This document shows, one piece after another, positions 1 to 10,414 of a stretch of DNA of 64,000 nucleotides; position 1 is the stretch's first letter, and the number at the start of each line of letters is the position of its first letter. Below the pieces are notes generated by a model that saw only the letters and a program-made list of their open reading frames with translations, had not been told where the DNA came from and did no database searches. Both the position numbers and the translations under genes were made by a program. The DNA comes from Escherichia phage vB_EcoM_ECO78: sequence record PP526941.1; one strand, 5' to 3'.

Positions 1-1433
1 CTCTTGGAAAAATTATTACTGATTCTGGTATTTTATTAGCTGAAATTGAAAATGCCGAAGCTGCTATGACAGCTGTTGACTTTCAAGCAAATCTCGAAAA
101 ATATGGAATTCCAGGAGTAGTAGCTCTTTATCCAGGCGAGTTGGGCGATAAAATCGAAATTGAAATCGTATCTAAAGCTGACTACGCAAAAGGTGCTTCT
201 GCATTACTCCCAATTTATCCAGGTGGCGGAACACGCGCATCTACTGCCAAAGCAGTGTTTGGATATGGACCACAAACTGATTCGCAGTATGCTATTATAG
301 TTCGTCGTAATGATGCTATTGTTCAAAGCGTTGTTCTTTCAACTAAGCGTGGTGAAAAAGATATTTACGATAGTAACATCTATATCGATGACTTTTTCGC
401 AAAAGGTGGCTCAGAATATATTTTTGCAACTGCACAAAACTGGCCAGAAGGCTTCTCTGGAATTTTAACTCTGTCTGGTGGATTATCATCAAATGCTGAA
501 GTAACAGCAGGAGATTTGATGGAAGCTTGGGACTTCTTTGCTGACCGTGAATCTGTTGATGTTCAGTTGTTTATTGCGGGTTCTTGTGCCGGTGAATCTT
601 TAGAAACAGCATCTACTGTCCAAAAACACGTCGTTTCAATTGGGGATGCTCGCCAAGATTGCTTAGTATTGTGCTCTCCTCCGCGTGAAACTGTAGTTGG
701 AATTCCTGTAACTCGTGCAGTAGATAATTTAGTTAACTGGAGAACTGCAGCAGGTTCATACACTGATAATAACTTTAATATCAGTTCAACCTATGCAGCA
801 ATTGATGGTAACTACAAATATCAGTATGACAAATATAATGATGTGAATCGTTGGGTTCCATTAGCAGCTGATATTGCTGGTTTATGCGCAAGAACTGATA
901 ACGTTTCTCAGACTTGGATGTCACCAGCTGGTTATAATCGTGGTCAGATTTTGAACGTTATTAAACTGGCTATTGAAACTCGCCAGGCTCAGCGCGACCG
1001 TTTATACCAAGAAGCTATCAACCCGGTAACTGGTACAGGTGGTGATGGTTACGTATTGTATGGTGATAAAACAGCTACTTCTGTTCCTTCTCCATTTGAT
1101 CGTATTAACGTTCGTCGTCTGTTTAACATGTTGAAAACGAATATCGGACGTAGTTCAAAATATCGTTTGTTCGAATTAAACAACGCGTTTACTCGTTCAT
1201 CATTCCGCACAGAAACTGCCCAGTACTTACAGGGAATTAAAGCTCTCGGTGGAATTTATGAATATCGTGTAGTTTGCGATACAACAAATAACACTCCGTC
1301 AGTAATTGATAGAAATGAGTTTGTTGCAACATTCTACATCCAACCGGCTAGAAGCATTAACTACATTACCTTAAACTTCGTAGCAACTGCTACTGGTGCA
1401 GATTTCGATGAGTTAACTGGTCTTGCAGGTTAA
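1..1433 (+). CDS. 18: tail sheath protein gp18, C-terminal part (5' end lies upstream of window)
   Basis: Frame is open from base 3 to stop at 1431-1433 with no upstream stop; sits directly upstream of gp19-gp20 as in T4; large Gly/Thr-rich structural protein. Confidence 0.85.
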   Translation, partial: LGKIITDSGILLAEIENAEAAMTAVDFQANLEKYGIPGVVALYPGELGDKIEIEIVSKADYAKGASALLPIYPGGGTRASTAKAVFGYGPQTDSQYAIIVRRNDAIVQSVVLSTKRGEKDIYDSNIYIDDFFAKGGSEYIFATAQNWPEGFSGILTLSGGLSSNAEVTAGDLMEAWDFFADRESVDVQLFIAGSCAGESLETASTVQKHVVSIGDARQDCLVLCSPPRETVVGIPVTRAVDNLVNWRTAAGSYTDNNFNISSTYAAIDGNYKYQYDKYNDVNRWVPLAADIAGLCARTDNVSQTWMSPAGYNRGQILNVIKLAIETRQAQRDRLYQEAINPVTGTGGDGYVLYGDKTATSVPSPFDRINVRRLFNMLKTNIGRSSKYRLFELNNAFTRSSFRTETAQYLQGIKALGGIYEYRVVCDTTNNTPSVIDRNEFVATFYIQPARSINYITLNFVATATGADFDELTGLAG

Positions 1434-1449
1434 TACAGTGCATTCTAAA

Positions 1450-1467
1450 GGCCTGTTTCGGCAGGCC
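1450..1467 (+). terminator. GC stem-loop with UUCG-type loop downstream of gene 18 (terminator or RNA-stability element)
   Basis: GGCCUG(U)-UUCG-(G)CAGGCC inverted repeat read in sequence; no strong U tract follows. Confidence 0.4.
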
Positions 1468-1468
1468 A

Positions 1469-1476
1469 TATAAATA
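1469..1476 (+). promoter_or_regulatory. T4-type late promoter (TATAAATA)
   Basis: Exact TATAAATA directly after the stem-loop, upstream of gene 19. Confidence 0.55.
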
Positions 1477-1527
1477 CACTATATCCTTAATTCTTTAATT
1501 CTATATGCCCTAGGTTAAACATAGGGA

Positions 1528-1535
1528 TATAAATA
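1528..1535 (+). promoter_or_regulatory. T4-type late promoter (TATAAATA) for gene 19
   Basis: Exact TATAAATA 15 nt upstream of GAGG Shine-Dalgarno and ATG at 1550. Confidence 0.6.
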
Positions 1536-1549
1536 CTACAGAGGCTAAT

Positions 1550-2041
1550 ATGTTTGTAGATGATGTAACACGAGCGTTTGAATCTGGTGATTTTGCTCGA
1601 CCTAACTTATTCCAAGTAGAAATTTCTTATCTTGGACAAAATTTTACGTTTCAATGTAAAGCTACTGCTTTACCAGCTGGTATTGTAGAAAAAATTCCAG
1701 TCGGATTTATGAACCGTAAAATTAACGTAGCAGGCGATCGTACATTCGATGACTGGACTGTTACAGTAATGAACGATGAGGCACATGATGCTCGTCAGAA
1801 GTTCGTTGATTGGCAAAGCATTGCCGCTGGGCAAGGAAACGAAATTACTGGTGGAAAACCTGCAGAGTATAAAAAGAGCGCTATCGTTCGTCAATATGCT
1901 CGTGACGCTAAAACAGTAACAAAAGAAATTGAAATTAAAGGTCTGTGGCCTACTAACGTGGGTGAACTTCAATTAGATTGGGATTCAAACAATGAAATCC
2001 AAACATTTGAAGTAACTCTTGCTCTCGATTATTGGGAATAA
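1550..2041 (+). CDS. 19: tail tube protein gp19
   Basis: 163 aa, same length as T4 gp19; synteny between 18 and 20; GAGG SD 5 nt upstream. Confidence 0.93.
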   Translation: MFVDDVTRAFESGDFARPNLFQVEISYLGQNFTFQCKATALPAGIVEKIPVGFMNRKINVAGDRTFDDWTVTVMNDEAHDARQKFVDWQSIAAGQGNEITGGKPAEYKKSAIVRQYARDAKTVTKEIEIKGLWPTNVGELQLDWDSNNEIQTFEVTLALDYWE

Positions 2042-2048
2042 AATGAAT

Positions 2049-2062
2049 GGGGAGAAATCCCC
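2049..2062 (+). terminator. stem-loop GGGGAGAAAUCCCC downstream of gene 19
   Basis: Perfect 5-bp GC stem with GAAA loop; no U tract, so may be a stability hairpin rather than a terminator. Confidence 0.35.
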
Positions 2063-2073
2063 ATCCTGCTTAA

Positions 2074-3698
<1,625 letters not shown>

Positions 3699-3699
<1 letters not shown>

Positions 3700-3947
3700 T
3701 GGAAGGTTTAATTGAAGCTATTAAATCAAACGACCTCGTAGCCGCTCGTAAATTATTTGCTGAAGCCATGGCTGCAAGAACGATTGATTTAATTAAAGAA
3801 GAAAAAATCGCTATCGCTCGTAATTTCTTAATTGAAGGTGAAGAACCTGAAGACGAGGATGATGACGAAGACGAAGATAGTGATGATAAAGACGACAAAA
3901 AAGACAAAGACTCTGATGAAGATGACGAAGACGAGGATGATGAATAA
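3699..3947 (+). CDS. 67: prohead core protein gp67 with poly-acidic C-terminal tail
   Basis: 82 aa; start overlaps gene 20 stop (TAATG); C-terminal 35 residues almost entirely D/E/K; T4 gene order 20-67-68-21. Confidence 0.8.
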
Positions 3948-4372
3948 TGCTTCTGATCCCTGAAACTCATGAATTAGTTCTCGAGAATGTCGAAGCACTT
4001 ATTCCTGAAGCACGGGGTCGCTTTGACAAATTGTCTTCTGCTTTAAATAAAGACGATATAAATACAATTGTCGAGAATATGCTTGATGATGAAACTGATT
4101 TAGCGGTTGCATTAGCTTCTATTAATGAAAATATGCCGTTAAATGAATTCATCGTTAAACATGTTTCCGCCCGTGGTGAAATTACTCGCACTAAAGACCG
4201 CAAAACGCGTGAACGTAATGCATTTCAAACCACTGGGCTGTCTAAAGCAAAACGTAGACAAATTGCTCGTAAAGCTACCAAAACGAAGATTGCCAATCCA
4301 GCAGGTCAATCTCGTGCTCAGCGTAAGCGTAAAAAAGCTCTTAAACGCCGTAAAGCATTAGGATTAAGCTAA
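3947..4372 (+). CDS. 68: prohead core protein gp68
   Basis: 141 aa; overlapping start/stop with gp67; basic C-terminus; synteny. Confidence 0.8.
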   Translation: MLLIPETHELVLENVEALIPEARGRFDKLSSALNKDDINTIVENMLDDETDLAVALASINENMPLNEFIVKHVSARGEITRTKDRKTRERNAFQTTGLSKAKRRQIARKATKTKIANPAGQSRAQRKRKKALKRRKALGLS

Positions 4373-5010
4373 TGAATGAACCCCAATTACTAATTGAAAC
4401 TTGGGGTCAACCTGGCGAAATTATTGATGGCGTACCAATGCTTGAATCTCATGATGGAAAAGACTTAGGTTTAAAACCGGGTTTATACATCGAAGGAATA
4501 TTCATGCAAGCGGAAGTCGTCAATAGAAATAAACGTCTTTATCCAAAACGTATATTAGAAAAAGCGGTAAAAGACTATATTAATGAGCAAGTTTTAACTA
4601 AACAAGCTCTCGGAGAATTAAATCATCCTCCACGCGCTAATGTTGACCCAATGCAAGCCGCTATCATTATAGAAGATATGTGGTGGAAAGGAAATGACGT
4701 ATACGGACGAGCTCGTGTTATTGAAGGTGACCATGGTCCTGGAGATAAATTAGCAGCTAATATTCGTGCCGGATGGATTCCAGGAGTTTCTTCTCGTGGA
4801 TTAGGTTCATTGACTGACACAAATAAAGGTTATCGTATCGTAAACGAAGGATTCAAATTAACTGTAGGTGTTGATGCAGTATGGGGTCCAAGTGCTCCAG
4901 ATGCATGGGTAACTCCTAAGGAAATTACCGAATCACAGACGGCGGAAGCCGATACAAGTGCCGATGACGCCTATATGGCTCTCGCAGAGGCCATGAAAAA
5001 AGCGTTATAA
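4372..5010 (+). CDS. 21: prohead core protease gp21
   Basis: 212 aa, the T4 gp21 length; overlapping TAATG junction with gene 68; synteny upstream of 22-23. Confidence 0.88.
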   Translation: MNEPQLLIETWGQPGEIIDGVPMLESHDGKDLGLKPGLYIEGIFMQAEVVNRNKRLYPKRILEKAVKDYINEQVLTKQALGELNHPPRANVDPMQAAIIIEDMWWKGNDVYGRARVIEGDHGPGDKLAANIRAGWIPGVSSRGLGSLTDTNKGYRIVNEGFKLTVGVDAVWGPSAPDAWVTPKEITESQTAEADTSADDAYMALAEAMKKAL

Positions 5011-5013
5011 ATA
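5006..5013 (+). promoter_or_regulatory. T4-type late promoter (TATAAATA) for gene 22
   Basis: Exact TATAAATA overlapping the gene 21 stop codon, 28 nt upstream of the gene 22 ATG. Confidence 0.55.
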
Positions 5014-5040
5014 TTATTATCTAAACAACAGGACTACAAA

Positions 5041-5850
5041 ATGCTTAAAGAACAACTGATTGCCGAAGCGCAGAAAATTGATGCTTCCGTTGCTCTTGAT
5101 AGTATTTTCGAATCAGTTAATATTTCTCCGGAAGCAAAAGAAACTTTCGGCACTGTATTCGAAGCTACCGTCAAGCAGCACGCCGTTAAATTAGCTGAAT
5201 CTCATATCGCTAAAATTGCTGAAAAAGCAGAAGAAGAAGTAGAAAAAAATAAAGAAGAAGCCGAAGAAAAAGCTGAGAAGAAAATCGCTGAGCAAGCTTC
5301 TAAATTCATTGACCATCTTGCGAAAGAATGGCTCGCTGAAAATAAATTAGCAGTTGATAAAGGTATCAAAGCCGAACTGTTTGAATCCATGCTTGGTGGA
5401 TTAAAAGAGCTCTTTGTTGAACACAACGTTGTTGTTCCAGAAGAATCAGTTGATGTTGTAGCTGAAATGGAAGAAGAGCTGCAAGAACATAAAGAAGAAT
5501 CAGCTCGTCTGTTCGAAGAACTCAATATGCGCGACGCATATATCAATTATGTGCAGCGTGAAGTGGCATTGAGCGAAAGTACTAAAGATCTGACTGAGTC
5601 TCAAAAAGAAAAAGTCTCTGCTCTGGTCGAAGGTATGGATTATTCAGATGCATTCTCAAGTAAATTGAGTGCAATCGTAGAAATGGTGAAGAAATCTAAT
5701 AAAGATGAAAGCACTATTACTGAGAGTATAAATACTCCTGATACTGAAGCAGCCGGACTGAATTTCGTCACTGAAGCTGTAGAAGATAAAGCTGCACAGG
5801 GTGCAGAAGATATTGTAAGTGTATATGCGAAAGTCGCATCTCGTTTCTAA
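5041..5850 (+). CDS. 22: prohead scaffolding core protein gp22
   Basis: 269 aa; Glu/Lys/Ala-rich predicted coiled-coil protein; synteny directly upstream of gene 23. Confidence 0.88.
   Translation: MLKEQLIAEAQKIDASVALDSIFESVNISPEAKETFGTVFEATVKQHAVKLAESHIAKIAEKAEEEVEKNKEEAEEKAEKKIAEQASKFIDHLAKEWLAENKLAVDKGIKAELFESMLGGLKELFVEHNVVVPEESVDVVAEMEEELQEHKEESARLFEELNMRDAYINYVQREVALSESTKDLTESQKEKVSALVEGMDYSDAFSSKLSAIVEMVKKSNKDESTITESINTPDTEAAGLNFVTEAVEDKAAQGAEDIVSVYAKVASRF
5727..5734 (+). promoter_or_regulatory. TATAAATA late-promoter motif inside the 3' part of gene 22 (candidate gene 23 promoter)
   Basis: Exact TATAAATA 135 nt upstream of the gene 23 ATG; no other match nearer. Confidence 0.35.
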
Positions 5851-5868
5851 TTTTAAAGGTTAACACAA

Positions 5869-7434
5869 ATGACTATCAAAACTAAAGCTGAACTTTTGAA
5901 CAAATGGAAGCCATTACTGGAAGGTGAAGGTTTACCGGAAATTGCTAATAGCAAACAAGCGATTATCGCTAAAATCTTTGAAAACCAGGAAAAAGATTTC
6001 CAGACAGCTCCGGAATATAAAGACGAAAAAATTGCTCAGGCATTCGGTTCTTTCTTAACAGAAGCTGAAATCGGTGGTGACCATGGTTACAATGCTACTA
6101 ACATCGCTGCAGGTCAGACTTCTGGCGCAGTAACCCAGATTGGCCCAGCTGTTATGGGTATGGTACGTCGTGCTATTCCTAACCTGATTGCTTTCGATAT
6201 TTGCGGTGTTCAGCCGATGAACAGCCCGACTGGCCAGGTATTCGCACTGCGTGCAGTATATGGTAAAGACCCAATCGCTTCCGATGCTAAAGAAGCATTC
6301 CACCCAATGTATGGTCCAGATGCAATGTTCTCTGGCCAGGGTGCTGCTAAGAAATTCCCAGCTCTGGCTGCTAGCACACAAACCGTTGTAGGTGATATCT
6401 ATACTCACTTCTTCCAGGAAACTGGTACTGTGTATCTGCAAGCTTCCGCTGTAGTAACAATCGATGCTGGTGCGACTGATGCTGCTAAATTAGATGCTGA
6501 AATTAAGAAACAAATGGAAGCTGGTGCACTGGTAGAAATCGCTGAAGGTATGGCTACTTCTATCGCTGAACTTCAGGAAGGTTTCAACGGTTCTACCGAT
6601 AACCCATGGAATGAAATGGGCTTCCGTATCGATAAACAAGTTATCGAAGCTAAATCTCGTCAGCTGAAAGCTGCTTACTCTATTGAATTAGCACAAGACC
6701 TCCGCGCTGTTCACGGTATGGATGCTGATGCTGAACTGTCTGGTATTCTGGCTACAGAAATTATGCTGGAAATCAACCGCGAAGTTGTTGATTGGATTAA
6801 CTACTCAGCTCAGGTTGGTAAATCTGGTATGACCCTGACTCCAGGTTCTAAAGCTGGTGTATTTGACTTCCAGGATCCGATTGATATTCGTGGTGCTCGC
6901 TGGGCGGGTGAATCCTTTAAAGCTCTGTTGTTCCAGATTGACAAAGAAGCAGTTGAAATTGCTCGTCAGACTGGTCGCGGCGAAGGTAACTTCATTATCG
7001 CTTCCCGTAACGTAGTTAACGTTCTGGCTTCAGTTGATACTGGCATTTCTTATGCTGCACAGGGTCTGGCTACCGGCTTCAACACTGATACTACCAAGTC
7101 AGTATTTGCTGGTGTTCTGGGTGGTAAATACCGTGTATATATCGATCAGTATGCTAAACAGGATTATTTCACTGTAGGTTATAAAGGTCCGAACGAAATG
7201 GATGCTGGTATTTACTACGCTCCATATGTAGCTCTGACTCCGCTGCGTGGTTCCGATCCGAAGAACTTCCAACCAGTAATGGGATTCAAAACTCGTTACG
7301 GTATCGGTATCAACCCATTTGCAGAATCCGCTGCTCAGGCTCCGGCTTCTCGCATCCAGAGCGGTATGCCTTCTATTCTGAATAGCCTTGGTAAAAACGC
7401 TTACTTCCGCCGTGTATATGTTAAAGGTATCTAA
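5869..7434 (+). CDS. 23: major capsid protein gp23
   Basis: 521 aa; N-terminus MTIKTKAELLNKWKPLLEGEG and overall sequence recognised as T4 gp23; synteny. Confidence 0.96.
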   Translation: MTIKTKAELLNKWKPLLEGEGLPEIANSKQAIIAKIFENQEKDFQTAPEYKDEKIAQAFGSFLTEAEIGGDHGYNATNIAAGQTSGAVTQIGPAVMGMVRRAIPNLIAFDICGVQPMNSPTGQVFALRAVYGKDPIASDAKEAFHPMYGPDAMFSGQGAAKKFPALAASTQTVVGDIYTHFFQETGTVYLQASAVVTIDAGATDAAKLDAEIKKQMEAGALVEIAEGMATSIAELQEGFNGSTDNPWNEMGFRIDKQVIEAKSRQLKAAYSIELAQDLRAVHGMDADAELSGILATEIMLEINREVVDWINYSAQVGKSGMTLTPGSKAGVFDFQDPIDIRGARWAGESFKALLFQIDKEAVEIARQTGRGEGNFIIASRNVVNVLASVDTGISYAAQGLATGFNTDTTKSVFAGVLGGKYRVYIDQYAKQDYFTVGYKGPNEMDAGIYYAPYVALTPLRGSDPKNFQPVMGFKTRYGIGINPFAESAAQAPASRIQSGMPSILNSLGKNAYFRRVYVKGI

Positions 7435-7449
7435 TCTTTGACGATTTAA

Positions 7450-7465
7450 GGGACCTTCGGGTCCC
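7450..7465 (+). terminator. rho-independent terminator after gene 23
   Basis: GGGACC-UUCG-GGUCCC hairpin followed by UUUAGUUGUUUUUAU. Confidence 0.65.
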
Positions 7466-7482
7466 TTTAGTTGTTTTTATGG

Positions 7483-7490
7483 TATAAATA
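7483..7490 (+). promoter_or_regulatory. T4-type late promoter (TATAAATA) for gene 24
   Basis: Exact TATAAATA 27 nt upstream of the gene 24 ATG. Confidence 0.6.
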
Positions 7491-7517
7491 AATCATATAA
7501 ACCAAAAGGAAAGCGCA

Positions 7518-8801
7518 ATGGCTAAAATCAACGAACTTCTGCGCGAATCAACCACAACGAATAGCAACTCAATCGGTCGCCCAAATCTCGTTGCTTTGAC
7601 TCGCGCTACCACTAAATTAATATATTCTGACATTGTAGCAACGCAAAGAACTAATCAACCTGTTGCTGCTTTTTATGGTATCAAATACCTTAACCCAGAT
7701 AACGAATTTACATTTAAAACTGGTGCTACTTACGCTGGCGAAGCTGGGTATGTAGACCGAGAACAAATCACAGAATTAACAGAAGAGTCTAAATTAACTC
7801 TCAATAAAGGCGATTTATTCAAATATAATAATATCGTTTATAAAGTATTAGAAGATACACCATTTGCTGATATTGAAGAAAGCGATTTAGAATTAGCTCT
7901 TCAGATTGCAATTGTTCTTTTAAAGGTTCGTCTATTTTCTGATGCTGCAGTAACAAGCAAATTTGAAAGCTCTGATAGTGAAATTGCGGATGCTAGATTC
8001 CAGATTAATAAATGGCAAACCGCGGTTAAATCTCGTAAACTTAAAACTGGCATCACAGTTGAATTAGCACAAGATTTAGAAGCAAATGGATTCGATGCTC
8101 CTAATTTCTTGGAAGATTTGCTTGCAACCGAAATGGCAGATGAAATCAATAAAGATATTCTACAGTCTTTGATTACAGTGTCAAAACGCTATAAAGTTAC
8201 AGGAATTACTGATACTGGATTCATTGATTTGAGTTATGCATCTGCACCCGAAGCGGGTCGTTCATTATACCGAATGGTATGTGAAATGGTTTCGCATATC
8301 CAAAAAGAATCAACTTATACAGCAACGTTCTGTGTTGCTTCAGCTCGTGCTGCTGCGATTCTTGCTGCATCAGGTTGGTTAAAACATAAACCAGAAGATG
8401 ATAAATATCTTTCACAAAATGCCTATGGGTTCTTAGCTAATGGTTTACCGCTTTATTGCGATACTAACAGCCCATTAGATTATGTAATCGTTGGCGTAGT
8501 AGAAAATATCGGTGAAAAAGAAATTGTTGGATCAATTTTCTATGCTCCGTATACAGAAGGTCTCGACTTAGATGACCCTGAACATGTAGGTGCATTTAAA
8601 GTTGTGGTTGATCCAGAAAGCTTACAACCGTCTATCGGTTTATTAGTTAGATATGCTTTATCAGCAAATCCTTACACTGTAGCAAAAGATGAAAAAGAAG
8701 CAAGAATAATTGACGGTGGAGACATGGATAAAATGGCAGGTCGTTCAGATTTGTCTGTTTTATTAGGTGTTAAATTACCAAAAATTATTATCGATGAATA
8801 A
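7518..8801 (+). CDS. 24: head vertex protein gp24
   Basis: 427 aa, the T4 gp24 length; synteny after gene 23. Confidence 0.93.
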   Translation: MAKINELLRESTTTNSNSIGRPNLVALTRATTKLIYSDIVATQRTNQPVAAFYGIKYLNPDNEFTFKTGATYAGEAGYVDREQITELTEESKLTLNKGDLFKYNNIVYKVLEDTPFADIEESDLELALQIAIVLLKVRLFSDAAVTSKFESSDSEIADARFQINKWQTAVKSRKLKTGITVELAQDLEANGFDAPNFLEDLLATEMADEINKDILQSLITVSKRYKVTGITDTGFIDLSYASAPEAGRSLYRMVCEMVSHIQKESTYTATFCVASARAAAILAASGWLKHKPEDDKYLSQNAYGFLANGLPLYCDTNSPLDYVIVGVVENIGEKEIVGSIFYAPYTEGLDLDDPEHVGAFKVVVDPESLQPSIGLLVRYALSANPYTVAKDEKEARIIDGGDMDKMAGRSDLSVLLGVKLPKIIIDE

Positions 8802-8807
8802 AACAAA

Positions 8808-8823
8808 GGGACCGAAAGGTCCC
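8808..8823. terminator. bidirectional rho-independent terminator between convergent gene 24 and rnlB
   Basis: AAA-GGGACC-GAAA-GGUCCC-UUUUU palindrome with A tract on one side and T tract on the other. Confidence 0.7.
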
Positions 8824-8830
8824 TTTTTAT

Positions 8831-9835
8831 TTAGCTCACCAACTCAATCCAAGCTGGACGAAGTACATCTTGTACCATTTTAACTAATTCCTTTTTAATC
8901 AAAGAAGGATTATCTGCTTGAGTTAGAGTAATACCTTCACGAGAAGTTTCTTCCAAAATATCTTGAACAGTTAGTCCCATCACCTTTCCAAAATCATTTG
9001 GACCAATTTCGCCAATTTTAGAAATAACGTTATTTACTCGGTTCAGTGTAACATAACAAGCTAAAATTCCCAGCAATTTATTATCAGCTTCTGACAGTTC
9101 AACTTTAGCTTTAATAGGCTTATCAGACTTTTTCTTTTCGCTAAATTTAGAGTTCTTGCATTTGATGGCTACACGATTGCGATTAGGCAGCCAAGAAGGA
9201 TAACAAGGTTTCAATACATATCCTTCAGCGGTAAATACTTCGCCTTTTGCTTCAGAATTCCAAACGCATTTATTTGCATCAACTAATCCAGCGTGGTCTA
9301 CTGTAAAATTATAATCTTGGACGACAGAATCTAAATCATTTGGCAATTTAATAAGCTCTTCAAATTTACCGCGACCTAAAAGTGGAGCCATTTTAAATTT
9401 AAACGTATTACAGAATGATTCCATCATATAATCATCGACATAAGTCACATCACCACTTTCTGTAGTAACAATAATGTCAAATACATAAAAATCTTTATCG
9501 CCATAATCGACATTCTTCTGAATGCCAGGTCCAGCGAATTCGCCAAAGACTTGATAAGATACAACCGCTGAGGTTTCCATAATATCTTGTACTGCTTTAA
9601 TGGAATCAGCATAATTCTTTAGAATAATTTCATACCCAAAGAAATCTTCAGCAGGAAGAATAGGACCAGTACGTTTAGCACAAGTTACTTTATCACGCTC
9701 AATAATCAATGAGAAATTTGTGCCGTGAATCTTTTCACGAGCTACCCACTCCCCACCAGTCAATCCCAAGCTATAAAGTTTTTCAATGAATTTAGAATTG
9801 TAATGATTTTCAAGACTGCTATATTTTTTAAACAT
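8831..9835 (-). CDS. rnlB: RNA ligase 2 (Rnl2)
   Basis: 334 aa; nucleotidyltransferase KxHG motif (REKIHGTNF); T4 position 24.1. Confidence 0.9.
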   Translation of the reverse strand: MFKKYSSLENHYNSKFIEKLYSLGLTGGEWVAREKIHGTNFSLIIERDKVTCAKRTGPILPAEDFFGYEIILKNYADSIKAVQDIMETSAVVSYQVFGEFAGPGIQKNVDYGDKDFYVFDIIVTTESGDVTYVDDYMMESFCNTFKFKMAPLLGRGKFEELIKLPNDLDSVVQDYNFTVDHAGLVDANKCVWNSEAKGEVFTAEGYVLKPCYPSWLPNRNRVAIKCKNSKFSEKKKSDKPIKAKVELSEADNKLLGILACYVTLNRVNNVISKIGEIGPNDFGKVMGLTVQDILEETSREGITLTQADNPSLIKKELVKMVQDVLRPAWIELVS

Positions 9836-9844
9836 AATTAATCC

Positions 9845-10123
9845 TCAAAATATAATTTCTAACCAATCACCATCACGCTGATCACTATTAACTTTAAAGC
9901 TGAATCCTTCTTTTCTCAGCCAATCACCAATTTCTTCAGTAATCAATTTATCACGAGCAATACAATAATAATTAAAATGTGTTTTACCTTGTTCAGCTGC
10001 TTTATTAGCAAGTTCCGAAAAATCTTTAATAAAACACTCTAGCTTAAACTGTTTACTTTTTAATGCTTTTTCGCGTAATTGATTAGCAAAAGATTCATTT
10101 TCATAAAGATCATACTGTTCCAT
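9845..10123 (-). CDS. hypothetical protein (position of T4 24.2)
   Basis: 92-aa ORF, ATG start, synteny. Confidence 0.55.
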   Translation of the reverse strand: MEQYDLYENESFANQLREKALKSKQFKLECFIKDFSELANKAAEQGKTHFNYYCIARDKLITEEIGDWLRKEGFSFKVNSDQRDGDWLEIIF

Positions 10124-10325
10124 TTTTCACCTTTTTATTAATATGTCTTTTTCTATAGACAACTTTTTCTCGAGTTTCAAATTTATTCTTAGCAGTCATA
10201 GCTCGAGCCCATAATACAGCCACTTCTTTAGCCTGTAAGTTTAATTCACGAGCAATTTCAATGAATGACTTTCCAGACTCATGAAGAGTAAACACCACAA
10301 CCTCAGTTCTCATAATCAATCTCAT
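10110..10325 (-). CDS. hypothetical basic protein (position of T4 24.3)
   Basis: 71-aa ORF overlapping the downstream gene by 14 nt. Confidence 0.5.
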   Translation of the reverse strand: MRLIMRTEVVVFTLHESGKSFIEIARELNLQAKEVAVLWARAMTAKNKFETREKVVYRKRHINKKVKNGTV

Positions 10326-10393
10326 GTTATCGAGTTGGTGCCATTATATACATCATTTTCTGATTATGTTTTGTGTGCTTTCAAAATGAAGAA

Positions 10394-10409
10394 AGGGGCC
10401 GAAGCCCCT
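10394..10409 (-). terminator. rho-independent terminator downstream of hoc
   Basis: On the minus strand: AGGGGC-UUCG-GCCCCU followed by UUCUUCAUUUUG. Confidence 0.6.
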
Positions 10410-10414
10410 TATGA

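Noticed and set aside
5202-5546. 114-aa Ser-rich minus-strand ORF
   Set aside because: Lies wholly inside gene 22 on the opposite strand; a low-complexity antisense artefact of the Glu/Lys/Ala-rich scaffold sequence.
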